Positions 36,951-47,278 of a stretch of DNA of 64,000 nt are shown here, one piece after another. Source of the stretch: an uncultured Candidatus Saccharibacteria bacterium (lineage in GTDB: Bacteria; Patescibacteriota; Minisyncoccia; GWC2-36-17; WO2-46-25); assembly GCA_964359755.1 (NCBI GenBank), contig CAYHUB010000002.1, positions 924-64,923 on the forward strand, read 5' to 3'. The notes beneath the pieces were generated by a model. That model saw only the letters and a list, made by a program, of their open reading frames with translations, had not been told where the DNA came from and did not search any database. The stretch's first letter is position 1. Each line of letters opens with the position of its first letter. The translations under genes and the position numbers were made by a program.

Positions 36951-37391
36951 GAGCAGGAAAAGAGAAGCGGCAACGACAAAGATTTCGGTCATAGCGCCAA
37001 GCCATAACGGCGGGCGGGTTCCTATGGGCGTAATGAGTGCGTGCCAGAAGGCATGAAACTGCATGTGGCGGCGAAGATATTTCCCGCGTGAAAATAAATA
37101 GATCGCCAAAAGACCGTCGGGGACAATGCCGAAAAACGCACCCCACACAATAAGCGCTTGTTCTGCGGAGTCAAAACGCTGGAGCGTAAAAAAGATAATG
37201 AAAAGCCCCGCGGCGATATCGGCCGTGATCTTGTATGCGGTTGCTTTTTTTGATGTCATGATGGCATACTCCCAGTGGGGAAGCGCATCAAGGAGATAGT
37301 GGAGTGCGACAGCGCCAAGCGCAAGAAGAACCGGTTGATGGAGAGAGGTTGCCAGCGCGGCACCCGCGAGCATATGGGGAGCAAGGATCAT
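36942..37391 (-). CDS. Hypothetical membrane protein
   Basis: 149 aa with 4 predicted TM helices and no recognisable motif. Confidence 0.4.
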   Translation of the reverse strand: MILAPHMLAGAALATSLHQPVLLALGAVALHYLLDALPHWEYAIMTSKKATAYKITADIAAGLFIIFFTLQRFDSAEQALIVWGAFFGIVPDGLLAIYLFSRGKYLRRHMQFHAFWHALITPIGTRPPLWLGAMTEIFVVAASLFLLLY

Positions 37392-37406
37392 AATTCAGAA
37401 TACATC

Positions 37407-38087
37407 ATGTCACATTTATTTATCGTAGCGACGCCGATAGGGAATTTGGAAGATATTTCTTTCCGCGCTGTGCGGATATTGCAGGAGGCTGATCTGATCC
37501 TCTGCGAAGATACGCGCGTGACAAAAAAACTGCTTGATCGGTATGCCATCAAAAAACCGCTTCAATCATATCATCAACACAGTAAGCTGGCAAAGACAGA
37601 ATACATCGTAGATATGCTTGCCTCGGGGAAAAACATGGCATTGGTTTCCGATGCGGGAACGCCGGGAATATCCGACCCGGGAGGGTTGCTTGTTGAAGCA
37701 GTCGTTAAACGATTGGGAGACGAAGTAACGATCGTTCCGATTCCCGGGGCGAATGCCGCGCTCGCCGCGCTCTCCGTGTCAGGGTTTCCCACGGACCGGT
37801 TTATATTTTTAGGATTTCCGCCGCATAAAAAAGGAAGGAAAACATTTTTTGAAGAAGTAGCGGCTCTACGCGAAACCGCGGTGTTGTACGAATCAAAACA
37901 CAGAATAGAAAAGGCGCTTACCGCGCTCGCCGAGCATGCGAAGGAGAGGAACATCGTGGTTGCGCGAGAACTCACCAAACAATTTGAAACGCTCTATCGC
38001 GGCACCCCGGGGGAGTGTCTTGCCGCGCTGAAAGCCGACGACATGCGCGGCGAATTTGTCGTAGTAATTGCACCAGTAAAAGCATGA
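37407..38087 (+). CDS. rsmI: 16S rRNA (cytidine1402-2'-O)-methyltransferase RsmI
   Basis: LFIVATPIGNLEDISFRAVRILQEADLILCEDTR is typical of RsmI (tetrapyrrole-methylase fold). Start set at MSHLF (37407), which avoids overlap with the upstream antisense gene. Confidence 0.8.
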   Translation: MSHLFIVATPIGNLEDISFRAVRILQEADLILCEDTRVTKKLLDRYAIKKPLQSYHQHSKLAKTEYIVDMLASGKNMALVSDAGTPGISDPGGLLVEAVVKRLGDEVTIVPIPGANAALAALSVSGFPTDRFIFLGFPPHKKGRKTFFEEVAALRETAVLYESKHRIEKALTALAEHAKERNIVVARELTKQFETLYRGTPGECLAALKADDMRGEFVVVIAPVKA

Positions 38088-38932
38088 ACGCATTTTTTCC
38101 TCTTATTGCGGCGGTCATATCGGCGGGCTCGCTTACCTTCGATAAAATGATCCTATCGGTTCACAATGTCGATTATCGCGCCTATCTTCGTTTCGGCTAT
38201 CCGGTGTATTTTGGCGCGATGGTCGTATTGTTTTTGATCTTTTCCCCGCCGCTTCCCCCCGAGCTTTTTGCTGGAGAACTGCTTGCGCTGTTTTTGGCGT
38301 CTGCGGCGGTGATGCTTGTGTTGTCGATCACCTATTATCGCGCGCTTGACGATGACGGGCTGGGTGAGGTGCAAACACTCGACCTCCTGCATTATATCCC
38401 CGTGGTACTGGTATCGTTTTTTTTATTTTCCGATGAGCGCAATATGGTTGTGGTTGCCGCCGCGCTTGTTGCAACGGGTGCCGTTTTTTGGTCGCATTGG
38501 GAACATCATCGGGTTGTGATTGCAAAGCGCACGCTTGAGTTTGTAGTATGGGCGGCGGTTGCCGCGCCGATCGAGGCGGTAATCGCAAAAACACTATTGT
38601 TGTATTGGCATCCTGTGGCATTTGCAACCATACGCTCCGGCGTGATCGCAGTCGCGATCTTTCTGTTGTTTTCGAGGCATGCGGTGCGGCTGCCGGCGCA
38701 GGCAATGAGGGCTTCTTTTCTCCCTGCAGCGCTTTCCGCAGTTGCCATTACGCTGTATTTTTACAGTTTCCAGCAGTTTGGGATTGTTTACACGGTACTG
38801 CTTTTTTCTATTCAGCCGTTGTTGGTATATGTGTCCGCGGTGCTTTTCTTAAAAGAGCAATTCCACTGGAAAAAGGCGATCGCATTTGTGATCGTGCTTT
38901 GCGCGATCACTGCGGCGCAGATTCTTTCATAG
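38084..38932 (+). CDS. DMT/EamA-like membrane protein
   Basis: About 10 TM helices. Start MNAFFPLIA at 38084 overlaps the rsmI stop as ATGA. Confidence 0.5.
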   Translation: MNAFFPLIAAVISAGSLTFDKMILSVHNVDYRAYLRFGYPVYFGAMVVLFLIFSPPLPPELFAGELLALFLASAAVMLVLSITYYRALDDDGLGEVQTLDLLHYIPVVLVSFFLFSDERNMVVVAAALVATGAVFWSHWEHHRVVIAKRTLEFVVWAAVAAPIEAVIAKTLLLYWHPVAFATIRSGVIAVAIFLLFSRHAVRLPAQAMRASFLPAALSAVAITLYFYSFQQFGIVYTVLLFSIQPLLVYVSAVLFLKEQFHWKKAIAFVIVLCAITAAQILS

Positions 38933-38995
38933 CGCTTGGGAGGCGTCTCGCGCGGTTGTTGTGAATAAGAGAGATATGATACTGTAAGGAGTATT

Positions 38996-40501
38996 ATGGC
39001 AGAACAAAAAAAATTCTATGTGACCACGTCCATTGCGTATGTAAACGCTCCGCCGCATATCGGATATGCGATGGAGCTTGTGCAGGCGGATGTTCTTGCG
39101 CGATATCACCGTCTTTTGGGAGAAGACGTGTTCTTGCTTACCGGCACCGATGAGCACGGTAAAAAAGTAGCCGAAGCGGCGGCAAAAAACGCTATGGCGC
39201 CGCGCGCGTACGTCGATATGATAGCGGCTCGGTTTGATGCGCTCTGCTTTGCGCTCGGTGTTTCCGAATATCATTTTATCCGCACGAGCGACCAAACAAC
39301 ACACACGCCTGTTGTCCTTGATATGTGGCGAAAAATGGCGGACGCGGGCGATATCTATAAAGGAGAGTACGAAGGGCGCTACTGCGTCGGGTGCGAGGCG
39401 TTTTTGCGCGAAGCGGAAATAGATGATGAAAAACGCTGTCGTATCCATACAAAAGAAACGCAGGCGGTACGAGAAGAGAATTATTTTTTCAAATTTTCAA
39501 AATACGCGAAAAAGGTTGAACAGCTTATCCGCGACAATGTAATTCATATTGTTCCCGAGTTCCGCAAGAAAGAGGCGCTCAATCTTTTTTCCGAAGAAGG
39601 GGTGCGCGACTTCAGCGTGTCGCGGCCGAAAGAAAGCGTGGAGTGGGGGATCCCGGTGCCGGGTGACGAACGCCAGCTGATCTACGTATGGGTGGACGCG
39701 CTCTTAAATTATGTATCGGGCGCGGGCTACGGCACAGGTGATTTTAACAAACGATGGCCGCCTGACGCACAGGTGATCGGAAAAGATATTCTGCGCTTTC
39801 ACGCGATGATGTGGCCGGCGTTTTTGCTCGCATGCGGATTCTTGGAAAACAATCTGCCGAAGATGCTTGCGGTGCACGGGCATATTTCCATAGAAGGGCA
39901 GAAAATGTCCAAGTCGCTGGGGAATGTGGTTGACCCCGTGGAGCTAATCGCCAAATACGGAAAAGAGCCGGTGCGGTACTATGTATTGCGCGAGATGCCT
40001 TCGGATGATGACGGGGATTTTTCGTTCGCGCGGTTTGAAGAACGGTATACGGCGGATCTGCAAAACGGGCTCGGTAATTTGGTCTCGCGCGTGACGGCGC
40101 TTGCACTCACGCACCCCGAGGCCGTGAAAGGCATTAGGGTAAACGGAGTTACCGCGCACGCAAAGGAAACATACCAAAAATATGAAAACGCGATCAATGC
40201 GTTTCAGCTTCACCGCGCGCTTGAGCAAGTATGGACATTGGTTGAACAATCAAATAAAGCAGTGGAAGACGCAAAGCTGTGGGATCTTGCTGTAAGGGAC
40301 CCAAGAGAGGCGAATACAGTATTTACGGAGCTTGCACATAATTTTGCCGCTATCGCGTATATGCTCGCGCCGTTTCTTCCGGAGACCGCAGAAAAAATCG
40401 CTATTGCGATCGGCGCGGATATCACGGCGCTTGCCGGTAATACCGGTGTCGCAGTGTGCTTTCAAAAGCCGGCGATATCTCTTTTTCCGAAGCTACAATA
40501 A
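38996..40501 (+). CDS. metG: Methionyl-tRNA synthetase
   Basis: PHIGYAMELVQADVLAR HIGH-region variant, zinc knuckle CVGCEAF...CRIH, KMSKSLGN. 501 aa, with no C-terminal tRNA-binding extension. Confidence 0.9.
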   Translation: MAEQKKFYVTTSIAYVNAPPHIGYAMELVQADVLARYHRLLGEDVFLLTGTDEHGKKVAEAAAKNAMAPRAYVDMIAARFDALCFALGVSEYHFIRTSDQTTHTPVVLDMWRKMADAGDIYKGEYEGRYCVGCEAFLREAEIDDEKRCRIHTKETQAVREENYFFKFSKYAKKVEQLIRDNVIHIVPEFRKKEALNLFSEEGVRDFSVSRPKESVEWGIPVPGDERQLIYVWVDALLNYVSGAGYGTGDFNKRWPPDAQVIGKDILRFHAMMWPAFLLACGFLENNLPKMLAVHGHISIEGQKMSKSLGNVVDPVELIAKYGKEPVRYYVLREMPSDDDGDFSFARFEERYTADLQNGLGNLVSRVTALALTHPEAVKGIRVNGVTAHAKETYQKYENAINAFQLHRALEQVWTLVEQSNKAVEDAKLWDLAVRDPREANTVFTELAHNFAAIAYMLAPFLPETAEKIAIAIGADITALAGNTGVAVCFQKPAISLFPKLQ

Positions 40502-40503
40502 CA

Positions 40504-41274
40504 ATGCTTTTTGATTCGCATACGCATGTTAATTTCAAGGATTTTAATGACGACCGCGATGCGGTGATCAGGCGGTGCCTCGATGAAAACATCTGGATGA
40601 TCAACGTGGGGACGGACGCTCCATATTCCAAAAAAGCAGTCGAAATCGCGCACGCCTATCCCGAAGGCGTGTATGCGGCAGTCGGCGTGCACCCCAATGA
40701 TGGCGGGGAGGCAGGTGAGTTTCCGGCAATAGAAGAATTGGCGAAGGACAAAAAAGTAGTGGCGATAGGGGAAACAGGACTTGATTATTTTAGGATGGCG
40801 AATAACGAAGCGCGGGCAAAAGAAAAGCAAAAAGAGCTTTTTATCAAACACATTGAGCTGGCGCAAAAAATTAAGAAGCCGCTTATTATTCATTGCCGAG
40901 ACGCGCACGATGATCTATTGGCTTTGCTTCTCGCCACTCGCCACTCGCTACCCGCTTGTCCCGGCGTCATGCACTTTTTCACCGGGACGAAAGAAGACGC
41001 GGAGAACTATTTGGACCTCGGGTTTTACCTTTCGTTTTCAGGCGTGCTTACGTTCACGCATGATTACGACGAGCTTGTGCGGCGGGTTCCGCTCGAAAAG
41101 ATATTAGTGGAAACAGACGCGCCGTTCGTTGCTCCGGTGCCGCATCGCGGAAAAAGAAATGAGCCGTCATATATAAAATATGTGGCTCAACGGATCGCGG
41201 ATATCAAAGGATTGTCGTTTGAAGAAGTTGCAACGCGGACAACGCAGAACACCCGTGAGTTGTTTGGCGTGTAA
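40504..41274 (+). CDS. tatD: TatD family hydrolase
   Basis: MLFDSHTHVN start, GETGLDY, and HCRDAH motifs. Starts immediately after the metG stop. Confidence 0.8.
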   Translation: MLFDSHTHVNFKDFNDDRDAVIRRCLDENIWMINVGTDAPYSKKAVEIAHAYPEGVYAAVGVHPNDGGEAGEFPAIEELAKDKKVVAIGETGLDYFRMANNEARAKEKQKELFIKHIELAQKIKKPLIIHCRDAHDDLLALLLATRHSLPACPGVMHFFTGTKEDAENYLDLGFYLSFSGVLTFTHDYDELVRRVPLEKILVETDAPFVAPVPHRGKRNEPSYIKYVAQRIADIKGLSFEEVATRTTQNTRELFGV

Positions 41275-41286
41275 CGGCAATACCTG

Positions 41287-41709
41287 CTAATAGCAGGTGA
41301 TTTTATTCCACGGCATTTTACCTCCGGATGTATTAAAAAATGTTCCTGCAAGGGAGGTGAGGATCGTATCAATGATGATCCATGCGCCAAAGACGATCAG
41401 AAGACCAATAATGGTGTTTCTGATTATTTTTATCCCTTCCTGACGCGCGCCCGGCGACCCGCCCGAGGTGAGTATTTTGAATCCCGCGATCGCAAAGGCA
41501 AGGACTGCAAGCGAAGGAGCGATAATCGTGGTAAGCTCAGTGGCAATGGTCTCTCCAAGTGTGAAAAGATGACAGAGAGAGCACGGTTTCTTTTGCTCAG
41601 CTGTTGCATCAGCCCCGGTTCGTCCGCATGGAACAAGACCGGCGGCAAGCGCAACGAGCGGAACCGCTATCATAAAAAGCGCCCCTACAATAAGTAATTT
41701 TTTCCACAT
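41287..41709 (-). CDS. Secreted pilin-like protein with C-terminal two-helix hydrophobic domain (distant paralogue of the 56.6-59.6 kb array)
   Basis: Sec signal MWKKLLIVGALFMIAVPLVALA, a Cys-containing segment, then AIAGFKILTSGGSPGARQEGIKIIRNTIIGLLIVFGAWIII. This has the same AG...G...AR...IIG topology as the array proteins. Confidence 0.5.
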   Translation of the reverse strand: MWKKLLIVGALFMIAVPLVALAAGLVPCGRTGADATAEQKKPCSLCHLFTLGETIATELTTIIAPSLAVLAFAIAGFKILTSGGSPGARQEGIKIIRNTIIGLLIVFGAWIIIDTILTSLAGTFFNTSGGKMPWNKITCY

Positions 41710-41799
41710 AGATTCATTATATACCGCGCATGCCTAAAAGGGCAATTTTTCTGATTTCTACCATTGATTTCCTGCATAAAACCTGCTACCATAAGAGGC

Positions 41800-42459
41800 A
41801 TGCAAATCACATGGTACGGTCAAGCGTGTTTTAAGGTTTCAAGCGGCGATGCCACTATTATCATAAGCCCATTTGGGAAAGGAGTTGGGCTCAATCCGCC
41901 ACGAGGAAAGGCGGATGTTGTGTTGCTTTCAGGCGATGGCAATGACGGCGATATGACGACTCCCGAAGGCAGTGTTGTGATCTCGGGCGAAGGGGAATAC
42001 GAGGTGAAAGGTGTTCTGATTAACGGCTTTTCGTTTTTTCATGCTCATGAAGGAACAAAAGCGGTGCGAAAATCCACGATTTACACGATCGTTATGGAGG
42101 GCGTGACGCTGTGCCACCTTGATAACGCCACGCCTAAGCAGGTGGACGCTATTTTAGAGAAGATCGGCGAGATCGACGTGCTTATGGTGCCGGTGGGTGG
42201 CACGCATCGCATCGGGAAGGAAGAGATCCATATGCTTGATGCCGAAGCGGCGGCGTCGCTGGTGGGAAAGATAGAGCCGCGCATCGTGATCCCGATGCAT
42301 TATAAGGTTCCCGGACTCACGCTTGCATTGGGAAGCGTCGAGCCGTTTTTGAAGGCGATGGGCGTTTTGCATGGCGATGGACCCGTGGATAAAATAACCA
42401 TAAAGAAAAAGGACCTTCCACAGGAAGAAACAAAGGTTATAGCGCTTTCAGTGGCATAA
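41800..42459 (+). CDS. MBL-fold metal-dependent hydrolase (UPF0173-like)
   Basis: MQITWYGQACFKV start and HxHxDH-like elements. The track ORF starts at 41764. Confidence 0.55.
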   Translation: MQITWYGQACFKVSSGDATIIISPFGKGVGLNPPRGKADVVLLSGDGNDGDMTTPEGSVVISGEGEYEVKGVLINGFSFFHAHEGTKAVRKSTIYTIVMEGVTLCHLDNATPKQVDAILEKIGEIDVLMVPVGGTHRIGKEEIHMLDAEAAASLVGKIEPRIVIPMHYKVPGLTLALGSVEPFLKAMGVLHGDGPVDKITIKKKDLPQEETKVIALSVA

Positions 42460-42473
42460 CACTACTTTGCATT

Positions 42474-42737
42474 ATGATCCATTTTCTTCAGCAATTAAAG
42501 TATAAGCCGGAGCCGGTAAAGCGGAAGATATTTCTTTTTTCCATGATCGGCTTTTTCACGGTAGTCGTGTCGCTGTATGTATTTTCCATTCGCAATTCCG
42601 TTGCGCATTCGCTGAGCGAAAGCGCGGCGGACACCATCGGGTTGCCGGGCGAGTTTCATCTTCCCGGGCTTAAAGAAAGCGTGATGGCGAATGTAAAAGA
42701 TATTGTGGAGGGAATGAAGGGAGTGCAGGGTCAATAA
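42474..42737 (+). CDS. Small hypothetical membrane protein (87 aa)
   Basis: One TM helix (IFLFSMIGFFTVVVSLYVF). No homology recognised. Confidence 0.35.
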   Translation: MIHFLQQLKYKPEPVKRKIFLFSMIGFFTVVVSLYVFSIRNSVAHSLSESAADTIGLPGEFHLPGLKESVMANVKDIVEGMKGVQGQ

Positions 42738-42751
42738 TGTTTGAATGTATG

Positions 42752-42863
42752 ACCACCACCACGCTCCATTCTTTCTTTTATCTTAACGGAAGCGCAGCCC
42801 TTCAATACTATTTATAGAAAAGGGCGTGAGAGGATTAAAGAAAGAATGGAGCGTGGTGGTGGT
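42752..42863 (+). repeat. Palindromic intergenic repeat element, copy D
   Basis: Outer IR accaccaccacgctccattc / gaatggagcgtggtggtggt with a core identical to copy B. Confidence 0.8.
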
Positions 42864-42904
42864 AAAAATGCGGTGTGATTTCATAATGCAAGAAACAAGA
42901 ACTC

Positions 42905-45382
42905 ATGGCAGAAGAAGAACAAAAATTCTCTATAGGAAACGTTGAGCCGCGCGAGATCGTCGACGAAATGAAAGAGTCGTATCTTGATTATGCGATGTCC
43001 GTTATTGTCATGCGCGCCCTGCCCGATGTCCGGGACGGAAGCAAGCCGGTGCACCGGAGGATCTTGTACGCGATGTCCGAGCTCGGCCTTCGGCACAACG
43101 TGAAATTTTTAAAGTGCGCGCGCATCGTCGGCGATGTGCTCGGTAAATATCATCCGCACGGGGATATGGCGGTGTATGATGCGCTTGCGCGCATGGCGCA
43201 GGATTTTTCGCTGAGGTATCCGCTGGTGGACGGGCAGGGGAACTTCGGCTCGGTGGACGGCGATTCTCCCGCGGCAATGCGGTACACCGAAGCGCGCATG
43301 ACCGCGGTCGCGGAAGAAATGCTGTTTGATATCGAAAAAGAAACCGTTGATTTTGTCGACAACTATGACGGTACGCGCAAAGAGCCGAAGGTGCTTCCCG
43401 CGCGCGTGCCCCAACTGTTGCTCAACGGACAGACGGGTATTGCGGTGGGTATGGCGACAAACATCCCTCCTCATAATCTCGGCGAGCTGGTGGATGCCAC
43501 CATACACCTCATCGACCACCCGAAAGCGGATGTCACCGCGCTGCTTGAATTCGTAAAAGGACCGGACTTTCCGACAGGCGGCATCGTGTACAATCAGGAC
43601 GATATCGTGACGGTGTACAGCACCGGCAGGGGGCCTCTTACCGTGCGCGGGAAAGCGGAGATCGCGGAAACAAAAAGCGGGCACCATCAGATCATTATCA
43701 GCGAGATACCGTTTCAGGTGAACAAATCGTCGCTTATCGAGAAAATGGCCGACCTCGTTCGTGAAAAAACGATCGAAGGCATCAGAGATATCCGCGACGA
43801 ATCGGACAAAGACGGCCTGCGCATCGCCATTGATCTCAAAAACGACGCGTTCCCGCAAAAGATACTCAACAAGCTCTATAAGCTTACCGATCTTCAAAAG
43901 GCGTTCCACTGCAATATCCTCGCGCTCGTGGACGGCATTCAGCCGACCGTACTGTCGCTGAAGGCCGTACTTGAGTATTTTATCGCGCATCGCAGAGAGG
44001 TGGTGGAGCGCAGAACGCGCTATGACCTCGGAAAGGCAAAAGACCGCGCGCATATCCTCGAAGGGCTGAAAAAGGCGCTTGACCATATCGACCGGATCAT
44101 CGCGACCATTAAAAAGTCAGCATCAAAAGAAGACGCGCATGTGAGCCTGGTGCGCGTATTTGCGCTCACCGAAATTCAGGCAACCGCGATCTTGGAAATG
44201 AAATTGCAGACGCTCGCCGGGCTTGAGCGCAAAAAGATCGAAGACGAGCTCGAAGAAAAGAAAAAACTCATCGCATATCTGAGCGGCCTCTTGAAAGACC
44301 CCAAAAAGATCCTCGGCGTGGTGAAAAAAGAACTTGAAGAGATCAAAGAGAAATACGCGGACGTGAGGCGCACGAAGATCATAAAAGGAAAAGTGTCCGA
44401 GTTTAAAGAAGAAGATCTTATCCCCGATGAAGAGACCATGATCGCGCTATCGTACGGCGGATATATCAAGCGCGTGAATCCCGCGATGTACCGCACCCAG
44501 CGAAGAGGCGGAAAGGGGATCATCGGCATGGAAACAAAAGAGGAAGATGTCGTGGAGCATCTGCTCTCGACGAACGCGCACGCGAACATTTTATTCTTTA
44601 CGAACAGAGGAAAAGTTTTCCAGACGAAAGTATACGAAGTGCCCGAAGCATCGCGCGTATCAAAAGGAAAAGCGATCGCGAATATCCTCGATATCCAGCA
44701 GCAAGACACCGTGACCGCGCTGGTGCCGCTCAAAGAGATGTTGGGTAAAAAAGGGAAAGGCGACGCCGCAAGCGATATCCACTTAATCATGGCGACGAAA
44801 AATGGTATCATTAAGAAAGTGAAAGCGTCTGAATTTATCACCGTGCGGAGCACCGGCGTGCAGGCTATCACGCTTAAGGGAAGTGATATGCTCAAATGGG
44901 TGCGCATATCGCATGGCGGCGACGAGATCATTCTCCTTACCAAAAACGGCAAGGCGATCCGGTTTCATGAAAAGAACGTGCGCGCCATGGGAAGAACTGC
45001 CGGCGGCGTGCGCGCTATTACGCTCAAAGGAGGGGATGAAGTCGTGGGCGTCGACGTGATCCCTGCGGGGAGAGCAAGCGAATTTGAACTGCTTGTCATC
45101 TCGGAGAATGGGCTCGGGAAAAAGACAGCGCTTGACGAATATCGCGCGCAAGGCCGCGGAGGACAGGGGATCAAAACGTACAATGTCAGTGAAAAAACAG
45201 GAAAGCTCGTGGCATCATTGCTCATTTCACAAGAAGAGGAAGACCTTATCGCAATTTCCAAGAAAGGGCAAGTGATACGGACCCAGCTTGTGTCGATACC
45301 GGCGCTTGCGCGGGCAACGCAGGGAGTGCGGGTGATGCGGCTTGCGACAGGAGATCGGGTGGCATCCATCGTGTGTTTATAA
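42905..45382 (+). CDS. gyrA: DNA gyrase subunit A
   Basis: N-terminus [36 protein letters not shown], a QRDR-like region, and C-terminal beta-pinwheel repeats. 825 aa. Confidence 0.95.
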   Translation: MAEEEQKFSIGNVEPREIVDEMKESYLDYAMSVIVMRALPDVRDGSKPVHRRILYAMSELGLRHNVKFLKCARIVGDVLGKYHPHGDMAVYDALARMAQDFSLRYPLVDGQGNFGSVDGDSPAAMRYTEARMTAVAEEMLFDIEKETVDFVDNYDGTRKEPKVLPARVPQLLLNGQTGIAVGMATNIPPHNLGELVDATIHLIDHPKADVTALLEFVKGPDFPTGGIVYNQDDIVTVYSTGRGPLTVRGKAEIAETKSGHHQIIISEIPFQVNKSSLIEKMADLVREKTIEGIRDIRDESDKDGLRIAIDLKNDAFPQKILNKLYKLTDLQKAFHCNILALVDGIQPTVLSLKAVLEYFIAHRREVVERRTRYDLGKAKDRAHILEGLKKALDHIDRIIATIKKSASKEDAHVSLVRVFALTEIQATAILEMKLQTLAGLERKKIEDELEEKKKLIAYLSGLLKDPKKILGVVKKELEEIKEKYADVRRTKIIKGKVSEFKEEDLIPDEETMIALSYGGYIKRVNPAMYRTQRRGGKGIIGMETKEEDVVEHLLSTNAHANILFFTNRGKVFQTKVYEVPEASRVSKGKAIANILDIQQQDTVTALVPLKEMLGKKGKGDAASDIHLIMATKNGIIKKVKASEFITVRSTGVQAITLKGSDMLKWVRISHGGDEIILLTKNGKAIRFHEKNVRAMGRTAGGVRAITLKGGDEVVGVDVIPAGRASEFELLVISENGLGKKTALDEYRAQGRGGQGIKTYNVSEKTGKLVASLLISQEEEDLIAISKKGQVIRTQLVSIPALARATQGVRVMRLATGDRVASIVCL

Positions 45383-45411
45383 CGCAAAAGGCGGAGAGCG
45401 AAAAACGAAAT

Positions 45412-45963
45412 ATGTCTTCTGTAACCCATCACAGCGTAAAATTTCTCAATCCTTCGTTCGTGCTTGCGCAATCGGGCATCGGCGAAGGAATGCAGGTTGC
45501 CGATTTTGGCTGCGGCCAGGGAGATTTCGCGCTTGCCGCCGCAAAGCTTGTCGGACCGGAGGGAAAAGTATGCGCGATCGACATTCAGGATTCCGCGCTC
45601 AGCTCAACGAGATCAAAAGCGCGCATCGGGGGATTGCTGAACATCGTTCTTGTGAAAGGAAACGTGGAAGTTTCAGGAGCGAGCGGCTGCGCCGACGGGT
45701 CTCAAGATGCGGTCCTTCTGACCAATCTTTTATTTCAAACGGAGAAACGCGCCGAGGTTTTACATGAAGCAATGCGGGCGTTGAAGCCGGGCGGCATCGC
45801 GATATTCGTGGATTGGGAGAAAGAAGCGCCACTTGGACCCATGCGCAATTTACGCATGGAAAAAGAAGCAATAGAAAAACTTATTATACAGGAAGGATTC
45901 GTGTTTAAAAAAGAAATCGAAGCAGGCGCATTTCATTTTGGAATGTTGTTTACAAAGAAGTAG
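45412..45963 (+). CDS. Class I SAM-dependent methyltransferase
   Basis: VADFGCGQGDFA motif I and LKPGGIAIFVDW. The track ORF starts at 45373, overlapping the gyrA end. Confidence 0.6.
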   Translation: MSSVTHHSVKFLNPSFVLAQSGIGEGMQVADFGCGQGDFALAAAKLVGPEGKVCAIDIQDSALSSTRSKARIGGLLNIVLVKGNVEVSGASGCADGSQDAVLLTNLLFQTEKRAEVLHEAMRALKPGGIAIFVDWEKEAPLGPMRNLRMEKEAIEKLIIQEGFVFKKEIEAGAFHFGMLFTKK

Positions 45964-45978
45964 TAAGAAACGCTTTTC

Positions 45979-47277
45979 ATGAGTAAAGTAAAATACATTA
46001 TCGGCGGGGTACTTGCTCTTGTGGGGGTATTTTGGGTACTTGTGTGGGCGGGCGTGGTGCCGGGCCTGCGGATCATTGATAAAGCGACCATTAAAAAATC
46101 AAAGTTGGTCGTGTGGGGAACAGCGGACGATGCCTCCGTCTACAACGAACTCGCCAAATTATTCAAGGCGGAGAACCCGGGTATGGAGATAACATATCAT
46201 AAAAAGGCCGAAAGCACGTATGAACAAGATCTTTTGCGCGCGTTTGCCGGAGGCGAAGGGCCGGACATATTCGGCGTACATCATACGTGGCTGTATCGCT
46301 ACGGCGATCTTATTACCGCCGCGCCGAAAGAAATCTTTCCTGCGTCGGAATTTCGCGAGCAATTTGTAGATGTAGCGCAGAGGGATTTTCTTTTTGGAGA
46401 AAACTTATTCGGTGTTCCTCTGTATACTGATACGCTCGCGCTGTATTACAACATTGACCTGTTCAACAGCGCCGGCATCGTGTTTCCGCCGAAGGATTGG
46501 GAGGAATTCACGAAATATTCTCAGGCGCTCACAAAACGCAAGCAATCCGGCGATATTGCTGTTTCGGGAGCGGCGCTCGGCGGGGGAAAGAATGTGGTAT
46601 TTTCGAGCGACATCCTTACGGCGCTCATGCTGCAAAACGGGGCGCTTTTATCGGATGCCACCGGCCGCATTAATTTCAAAAGTCTCGGCGGAGGATTGAT
46701 CCCCATAGAAAAAGCGCTTAAGTTTTATACATCGTTTGCAAAACAGACAAGTCCGAATTACAGCTGGTCGGGTACTTCTTTGGAAAATTCAGAAACCATG
46801 TTTGCGCAAGGAAAAGCGGCGATGATACTGGGATATGCGAGCACAAAAGAAAGCATTATGAGAAAGTCTCCGCGTCTGCGGTTTGCGGTCGCCCCGTTTC
46901 CTCAGGTAAAAAATGCCACCATTAAAAAGAATTACGCCGATTATTGGGGATATGCGGTGTATAAAAATTCTCCCAGCAAAGACGCGGCATGGCAGTTTCT
47001 ACATTTTCTTGCCCAGCACAATATCAGCGCGTATTATGCCTCGGTCACCCAGCGGCCGGGAAGCCTGCGGAGCGTGATTGCCGCGCAACAGGAAGATCCG
47101 CAGATAAAAATGTTCGCCGAACAGGCGCTTTCCGCGGTATCATGGATCCAACTCGACGATCAAGTGATCAAACAGGTGTTTACCGATATGATCGATGCGC
47201 AGGTTACGGGGGATCAGCCGCTTCAGCAGGCTATTTTAAGCGCCGATACAAAGATCAACACGCTGATGAAAAAGTAA
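45979..47277 (+). CDS. Extracellular solute-binding protein (family-1 ABC-type SBP) without adjacent permease genes
   Basis: N-terminal TM/signal anchor. KLVVWGTADDASVYNELAKLFKAENPGMEITY is typical of sugar-type SBPs. It is followed directly by the surface-protein genes. Confidence 0.65.
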   Translation: MSKVKYIIGGVLALVGVFWVLVWAGVVPGLRIIDKATIKKSKLVVWGTADDASVYNELAKLFKAENPGMEITYHKKAESTYEQDLLRAFAGGEGPDIFGVHHTWLYRYGDLITAAPKEIFPASEFREQFVDVAQRDFLFGENLFGVPLYTDTLALYYNIDLFNSAGIVFPPKDWEEFTKYSQALTKRKQSGDIAVSGAALGGGKNVVFSSDILTALMLQNGALLSDATGRINFKSLGGGLIPIEKALKFYTSFAKQTSPNYSWSGTSLENSETMFAQGKAAMILGYASTKESIMRKSPRLRFAVAPFPQVKNATIKKNYADYWGYAVYKNSPSKDAAWQFLHFLAQHNISAYYASVTQRPGSLRSVIAAQQEDPQIKMFAEQALSAVSWIQLDDQVIKQVFTDMIDAQVTGDQPLQQAILSADTKINTLMKK

Positions 47278-47278
47278 T

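Noticed and set aside
45979-47277. Solute-binding protein as part of a complete ABC importer
   Set aside because: No permease or ATPase genes follow. It is instead fused into the surface-protein operon, so I did not call an ABC transporter system.
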